Assembly: GCA_050613775.1 (NCBI GenBank)
Contig: JBODTK010000116.1
Location: 372,001-436,000 of the forward strand
Origin: Neocallimastix sp. 'constans'
Taxonomy: Eukaryota
Direction of reading: 5' to 3'
DNA: 64,000 bases
Translations under genes and position numbers: made by a program
Part shown: one piece after another, positions 1 to 7,800 of the stretch
Position numbering within the stretch: the first letter of the stretch is position 1
How the letters are laid out: each line of letters begins with the position of its first letter
Notes under the pieces: generated by a model
Told to the model about the DNA's origin: nothing
Database searches by the model: none
What the model saw: only the letters and a program-made list of their open reading frames with translations

Positions 1-47
1 TTATTATTTTAAAAATTTATATATATATAGTTTTTTTTTTTAAAAAA

Positions 48-231
<184 letters not shown>

Positions 232-1214
232 TTACTTTCAAAACTTCAAACTTTGTATATATTCAATATATTGTATTATCTATTTGCATAAGTAATACAG
301 ATTCGGCTGATAACACTAATACAGAAATTATTGTCAGCAATAATGGAACGCGGTGTTATCATCGATGAATGGAAAAAGTTAGAAACTATTGCTACTAACA
401 CACTTTTTAAATATATATAATAGGGGATCATACATTTCACAATCATGCATTTCGCAATGTAGCATATAAATATTTTAAAACAAAACCATACATTTTTAAT
501 TTATTTATACAATCATAAATAAATAATTATTATTTTAAAAGAAATAATAATATATTCTATTAAAAAAAGAATTATAAAAAATTATTTTTTTTATAAAAAA
601 TTATTTAATTGAATATTAATAAAGGGAGAGGTCCAAAACGCCAAATTTTTCACGTGATATATCAAATTTTGAGGCTTTTTAAATTAATAGTTATATGATA
701 CTATTTTGTTGTATTATTAATTTGTAATTTTTTTCTTAAAATTTATTAAGTGAATAATTAAATAAATTATAATGGTTAGATAAAAATAAATATTTTTTTA
801 CAAAAAAAAAAAAATAAAATAAAATATTCAAACAATTAAAAGGTTTAATATTCAAACAATTAAAAGGTTTATTTTAAAAAAAAATATTAATAAAATACTT
901 TAACAATTATATAGATTTATTTATTTAAAAAAAATATTAATAAAATATTTAAACAATTATTAATAAAATTAATTATAAACATTAATAATAAAATATAAAA
1001 ATATAAAAATATATTATTGATATTAATAATAAAGTATAAAAATATAGGATTATTTATTTTAAAAAAAATATTAATAAAATATTTAAACAATTATTAATAA
1101 AATTAATTATAATAATAAAATTATAGAATATTTATTTAAACTACATAAATTTTATCAAGTATATAAACATTTTAACTTTTTAATAATTATAAATTTTTTA
1201 ATTAATAAATTTAA

Positions 1215-1768
1215 TTATAAGTTTTTGTATGAAAGAATTTTAATGATTTTTTCTTTTGGAAATTCCTCTGTCATAAAATTACTAAATCAGAATTTTTGAA
1301 TATCATAAAATCTTCATTTCGTTCAGTTTTATAATATTCAGATTCATTAGGAATTTCATTAAAAGTTGTTACATTGGATGGTAGTTTTTTATTAATACTT
1401 CTTAATATTAGAGTTTTAACTGAAATATATTCTGGACACGGATATATAAATCCCATTTCTTTAGAAATTTCATTATATAGTCTTTTTTCGTTTTATATCA
1501 AAAGGATTTGAATGTTTTTTAATTTCATCTTTAATTTTATGTTTCATTACAGATAGGGATACACTGTATTCGTTTCCAGGATGATTATGTAAACTCTCAT
1601 ATTTTAAGATTTCTTTCTCATTATTTAAAATAATAAAAGATTTACATTTATTATTTTTTTTATATTCGGTACATTTATAAACTCTTGAATTATCTTTCCT
1701 TGAATGTGAAAAATTAAATTTATATTGTTTATTAATAATGATTTGTTCTTCTCCTTTATTAGACTCAC
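1215..1768 (-). pseudogene. MULE-type transposase remnant, main part (N-terminal C2H2 FLYWCH/WRKY-like zinc finger; frameshifted, internally deleted)
   Basis: Continues in frame from 15450-15418 across the TSD: ESNKGEEQIIINKQYKFNF...VYKCTEYKKNNKCKSFI...LHNHP. An extra A in a run near 1485 shifts the frame; it resumes RLYNEISKEMGFIYPCPEY...KTERNEDFMIFKNSDLVIL*. No DDE core seen. Confidence 0.72.
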
Positions 1769-2499
1769 TGTAAAGATATGATCAATATCTTTAGTACATT
1801 AATTAATTTATTTTGTACATTAAATTATTTAATGTAATTCACGTTTACAAAATAATGCTAATGCATTAAATTATGTAAAATATATTAATTTATGAAATTA
1901 ATTGATTTATGAAAATTAATAATAAATTTATATTTCATATAATATATAAATTTAAAAATATAAAATTAATTTTTAAATAACCTAAAATTTAGTAATAAAA
2001 TATATTAATAATTTTAGTTTAGTTTAATTTTAGTTTAGTTTAATAATCATAAAAATTAAATAGTAATATATAATTAATAGTATTAATAATAAAAGAATAA
2101 TAAATAAATAATAAATAAGAACTTATTCAATTTGAGTCAAAACAAATTGAATAAAAAGCTTATTGAATTAGTTTTAGTTTTTTATAACTTTATTTAATTT
2201 TAGATTAGTTTTTGTTTATTTTATATTGAATATATATTTAAATAAATAGAAATAGTATATTATAATATAATTAAGAAAAAATATAAATACATGTAAAATT
2301 ATTCTATTAAAGAAAATGTAGTTGTTATTAACTATTTTGCAGTTAATAACTAATAAAAAGAATTTTTATAATAAAGTGATTAATAAAAGAATTTTTTTTA
2401 AAAAATAAATTTCATTTGAGTATTGTTATTGATAGTGTTGTTTTTTTGTTTTTTTGTTTTTTTCGTAATTGTAATCTGCTCCATAAGGAACATTTTACA
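1769..2499 (+). repeat. 5' LTR of element A
   Basis: TGTAAA...TTTACA; matches 14687-15417 with one difference seen (T2014 vs C14932). TATAAATA at 2282-2289. Confidence 0.97.
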
Positions 2500-2510
2500 A
2501 TAACAACTAC
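2500..2510 (+). promoter_or_regulatory. Self-priming primer binding site of element A
   Basis: ATAACAACTAC directly after the LTR; no TGG tRNA-type start; exact complement of GTAGTTGTTAT at 2318-2328 within the LTR. Confidence 0.85.
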
Positions 2511-2550
2511 CTTGTTATAAAAAGTGGAGCACGTTACGATCACGAGATTA

Positions 2551-2730
2551 GAGAACTACCAGTTAAAGAACTACCAGTTAAAGAACTACCAGTTAGAGAA
2601 CTACCAGTTAAAGAACTACCAATTAGAGAACTACCAGTTAGAAAACTACCAGTTAGAAAACTACCAGTTAGAGAATTACCAATTAGAGAACTACCTATTA
2701 GAAAACTACCATTTGAAGAATTACTAAGAG
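2551..2730 (+). repeat. 15-bp tandem repeat (RARAACTACCAGTTA), about 12 copies, in the leader of element A
   Basis: Exact 15-bp period, degenerating toward the 3' end; no spacers. Confidence 0.93.
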
Positions 2731-3000
2731 AAGAAACAAGAAGTAATAATAGAAGAAGTACTATTTGAAGAAGTACTAATTATAATTGCACCCATTAAGT
2801 CGCCGCCGTGATTACTAATTATATTGGAATATTTGAGATTATTTTTATTTAAACTTATTATTATTATAATAATTTTGTTTACTCGACGGGCACCATTTCA
2901 AGCGGTTAGAGCCAAGTCGACTTTACATAATATTATAATAGTAAATTTAAATAAAAATAATAATCGTATATAAGAATTCTTTTAATTTTATTTTTTCAAA

Positions 3001-3730
3001 GTGGAAGAACTTAATATTAGGCTAAGAAACCTCCACATTGAAGATATGGCGGAACGTGGACGAGAAGAAAAACGGAAGGTCAGTAAGCCACCGATTTTTA
3101 ACGGTGAAAGAAAAGAACTTAAAGGGTTCCTCACAATTGTAAATATGAACTTTGAGGATACCCCAGATGACTTTCCAGACGATAGATCAAAGGTTAGATT
3201 TATAACCTCATTCTTAAGAGGTGATCCTTTAAATTGGGCCTCAAATCTATGGGATAATGAAGATCCCTTGATCGATAATTTAAATAATTTTAAGAGGGAA
3301 CTTAAAATTAATTATGGGGATCCAGAAGTGGAGACAATTGTGGCTAATGGTAAATTAGATACCATTCGTCAGAAAAAATATGGGCAAGTGTTAGAATATA
3401 TTAACCAGTTCAAAACAACTTGCCAAAATTCGGACTTCAACGAATCAGCCAAAATTTATATGTTTCTTAAAGGATTACATTACAAAATGAGGGAACAATT
3501 AGCCGTTGTTAACCCAAATCCAGATTCCCTTAACAAGTTGTATACCGATGTAATTCAAATTGAAAATTTGTCAAAGCGAACTAATCTTGTTGAATTCTAT
3601 TATAATCAGCAACGAGTTAGAAATTCGCAACAAAACAGTAACCACAACCAGAGAAATAGTAGTCGTCGTGATGATCCTATGGATGTTGATTTATTTAGGA
3701 TCAAAAATGATAGATATAGAAGATACAACC
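3001..3730 (+). CDS. gag: Element A Gag, N-terminal part (interrupted by element B)
   Basis: Retrotransposon Gag-like (PPIFNGERKELKGFL, LRGDPLNW, DPMDVD). First ATG at 3046; in-frame GTG at 3001. Rejoins in frame with 10523-14676. Confidence 0.92.
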
Positions 3731-4503
3731 TGTAAAGATATTATTAATATCTTTATAAATTTTAATTAAATTTAATCATAAATTTAAGTAAAATTGAAAT
3801 AAATCTATTAAAAATCACGTGTATAAAATTATTGCAAATAATTTTAAACAAAACTTCGACTTCTTCCCAATCATATTAATAAATTAAAAATTTCTCTTGT
3901 GAAACTAGTAATTGAAAATCATTTCTTTTTATGTAATTTAATTTAAATAATAAGAGTTAAGGTTTTTTACAAGATAAATTAACAACATGAAACTATGCAA
4001 TTAGTCATGTTGAAACTTACGGCATTTTATGCTAAATTTATATTAAATAATTATGACAACTTTTATATTATTTTAAAATAGAAAATATATAATAAATTTA
4101 CTAATAATATTTAAATAATAAATAAATAATAAATGAACTCAATTAGAATTGATTATATTTATTTTAGTTATTAATTATAATTCTCTTTATTTAGTAATAG
4201 TTAATTATTTATTATTAGTTTAGGTTAGTATTGTTTTTAAATAAATAGTTAGATAATATAATTCAATAGGAATTATATATTCTAAATGTAATAAGATAAA
4301 AATATAAATAGTTAACCAAATTTCATGTATTTTAATCGATGTAATTGTTATTAACGATTTATTGTTAATAACACTAATAATTAATAAAGATTATTTTAAA
4401 ATCTAAATATAATAAAACTTATTTGTTTATAAAACATTTTTGTGTTATTTAGTGTTATTATAATTTTTGACTTATAATCTATTTTTTAAATCAAAACTTT
4501 ATA
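3731..4503 (+). repeat. 5' LTR of element B
   Basis: TGTAAAG...CTTTATA; four differences seen vs 9745-10517. TATAAATA at 4303-4310. Confidence 0.96.
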
Positions 4504-4514
4504 ATAACAATTAC
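4504..4514 (+). promoter_or_regulatory. Self-priming primer binding site of element B
   Basis: ATAACAATTAC, exact complement of GTAATTGTTAT at 4341-4351 within the LTR. Confidence 0.85.
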
Positions 4515-4610
4515 CTTTTTCTCTCAATAAAATACGTTATAAGTCAAGATTATAACACGTGATACGTTAACAGTGGCTTGTGTGTGGCTTGATTCAAAAT
4601 ATTTTTTTTT

Positions 4611-4680
4611 ACCAGTTTTAGATTATTGCTACCAGTTTCAGAATATTGCCACCAGCTCTATAATATTGCTACCGAAATTA
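4611..4680 (+). repeat. Degenerate 20-bp tandem repeat, about 3.5 copies, in the leader of element B
   Basis: ACCAGTTTTAGATTATTGCT / ACCAGTTTCAGAATATTGCC / ACCAGCTCTATAATATTGCT / ACCGAAATTA. Confidence 0.8.
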
Positions 4681-4883
4681 CAATTACACGTCTTAGAACA
4701 AGATTCGAAAAACCATAAACCTTTAATATTTTAATTTATAACGTTACGTTTACTCGACAGCACCGCTTCAAAGGATAGAGCTAGATCGACTAGATGAAAA
4801 AACGTTATAGTTTGAAATATTTATTTGTTTGATATTTTTGTTAAAGAAATTGCAAAAATTTAAGTCAATTTAAAATAATCAAA

Positions 4884-7800
4884 TTGGAGGGATTTAACAA
4901 CCTAATAAGAAGATTCGAAGACCTTAACCTGCAAGAAATGAATCAAGAGAATCATCAAGTTCTGCCCCGTAACAATCAAAAGATTGTTAACGAACCACCG
5001 CTATTTTCTGGAATCAAGAAGGACTTTGATGGCTTCCTTACAAGAGCTGAAATAGCTATGGAAGCCAATCCACAAGGTTTCAATAACGACCATACAAAGG
5101 TCAGATTTATAATTTCTTATCTTGTCGGTGATCCCTTGATATGGGCCTCAAACTTGCGAAGAAATAATGATCCCCTGCTCAATGTTTATGAAGATTTTAT
5201 TCAAGAATTAAGAAATCAATTTGGAGAGCAGGACATGAGCACAGTTGTCGCAAACGGTAAATTATGCAGCATCCGACAACATAAATTTGGTCATGTTAGT
5301 GAGTATATAAATGAATTTAATAAAATCAGCAGACATTCAGATTTTAACGATTCTGCTAAGATTTATATGTTTGTAAAAGGACTTCACTACAAGATGAGGG
5401 AGCACCTTGCAGTGGTAAATCCAAATCCCAACAACTTAAGAAGACTTTTCACTGATGTCCTTAGTATCGAAAGCTTAACTAAGAGACATGAAATAAATGA
5501 ATTTTTCTATCATAATTATTACCATCGTAAGGAAATAAATAATAATAATCATGCGTCTACTAGTGACCCAATGGAAATAGATTTATACAGAATTAAGAGA
5601 GGACAAACGAATACAAGTTACTTCCCTTCTAACCAGAAATTATATCAAGAAAACTCGAATTCAAGAGATGAAGAAAGAAGGAAAGGATTGTGCTATTATT
5701 GTAAAAAACCAGGTCATCGCTATTTTAACTGTCCAAATAAGAAGAAACCTGCCGGAGTCAAGATTATCAGTAAACAAGAAAACACCGCTACCACACCCTC
5801 AAGTAGTTTAAGAAGAATTAGAAGAATCAACAGCCAAGAAGATATTGTCAAAGTTAGAAAAATCGTGGAAGAACAAAACTCACTTTTGACAAAGAAAAGT
5901 AATATCATTGATTTCTATATTAAAACAAACGATACAGAAGAAGTAAAAGCAAGAGTTTTGATTGATTCTGGATCAGATCTTAACTTTATTCACCCAGAAT
6001 TTGCGAAGGCTTTTGGAATCAAAACCCAACAAATTGAAGAACCATTCCGTGTTACTGGTCTTGGTTACGGAATATCAACAGTTAAAAAGGAAACGGAGAA
6101 GTGCATTTTACGTTTAAAAAATCACTTAGAAACCATTCAATTGTATGTACTCAGAATTCCTGATGTTGATATTATTTTAGGCCTACCTTGGATTGAGAAG
6201 CATTCGCCTTATAATTACCACGACGCAAAGAAGATCTCCTTTGGCTCAGGATTTTGCGCTAGACACTGTAATAACGGTAAAAGAAAAAGAAAGAACAAGA
6301 TCAAGAACAAGAAAAAGAACAAAGGAAAAGAATCTGCTACCGACTTGGAAGAAAATAAAATTATTGAAGACTCAAGAAAAAGAAAATCTTTCTTTGACTC
6401 CGATTCCGAATCTGATTCTGAAGAAGAAATTTCTATTCGTGGCCGCCGAACTCGTATTAGAACTTGTACTGAATTTATTAATAGTGATAGTGATAGTGAT
6501 ATTAATGATACTTTTATGTTAGATAATTTTAGTGATAGCATTAGTGATAGTGATAACTTTAGCGATAGTGATGATATTATTGTTATGAATTGTGATAGTA
6601 AAATTAGTACTAATAGTTTAAGGATTTTAAAGAAAATTTGTGAATCTAGTAAATGTAAGAAATTAAATGTAATTGAAAAATGTAATGATGAAGATAATAA
6701 TTTAAATAAAGATGGTGAAAAGGTCGAAGTACCTGAAATCTATTTGATGTTTAAAGAAGTGTTTAATGAAAATAATTGTAATGTGTTACCTCCGCATCGT
6801 AATTATGATTGTGAAATTAAATTAAAAGATAATTGTAGTCTATTTTATGGTCCGTTGTACCCTTTAACTGAAACGGAGAGAGAAGAATTAAAGAAATATT
6901 TAGAAGAGAATTTAAAAAAGGGTTTTATTAGGAAATCTTCTTCTCCTGCTGGTGCACCTATTTTATTTGTTAGAAAAAAGGATGGTACTTATAGACTAGT
7001 TATTGATTATAGAAAATTGAACGAAATGACCATCCGTAACTCTTATCCACTTCCTTTAATTAGTGAATTGTTGGATAGAGTTAAAGGTGCTAAATATTTT
7101 ACTAAGTTAGATTTAAAATCTGCTTATAACTTAGTAAGAATTAAAGAAGGTGACGAGTACAAAACTGCCTTTCGTACAAGATACGGGCACTTTGAATATC
7201 TCGTTATGCCTTTTGGGCTTAAGAATGCCCCTGCTACATTCCAACATTTTATAAATGATGTTCTCAGTGATTACTTAGATGATTTTGTAATCTCTTACAT
7301 TGATGACATTTTAATTTATTCTAATACTTTAGAAGAACATCATGTACATGTTAAGAAAGTTTTAAGAAAATTGTTAGAGAATCATTTAGTTGTTAAATTA
7401 GAAAAGTGTGAATTTGATGTAACTGAAACTACCTTTCTTGGTTATGTTTTATCAAGAGATGGAATTAAAATGGATAAAGAAAAAGTTAAAGCAATTTTAG
7501 ATTGGCCTGTTCCAACAAACGTTAAAGAAATTCAATCGTTTATTGGACTTTGTAATTATTACAGAATTTTTATTAAAGACTTTGCGAAAATTGCAAATCC
7601 TCTCCACAAATTAACTAGAAAAAATGTTCCTTTTAATTGGAGTTCTGAACAACAAAAAGCGTTTGATACTTTAAAAGAATTATTTACTACTGCTCCTATT
7701 TTGAAACATCCTGATAGCAACAAACAATTCATTGTTGAAACTGATGCTAGTAATTTTGCTGTTGGTGCAATTCTTTCTCAGGAATTTGATGGGCATTTGC

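Noticed and set aside
298..420. Short GC-richer stretch with an open frame (...MERGVIIDEWKKLETIATNTLFKYI*) and small inverted repeats
   Set aside because: Too short, with no recognisable motif or splice context; cannot be called.
2524..2727. 67-aa (E/K)NYQL-repeat ORF, or a CRISPR-like array
   Set aside because: A by-product of a 15-bp tandem repeat; GTG start, no spacers, no cas genes, eukaryotic context.
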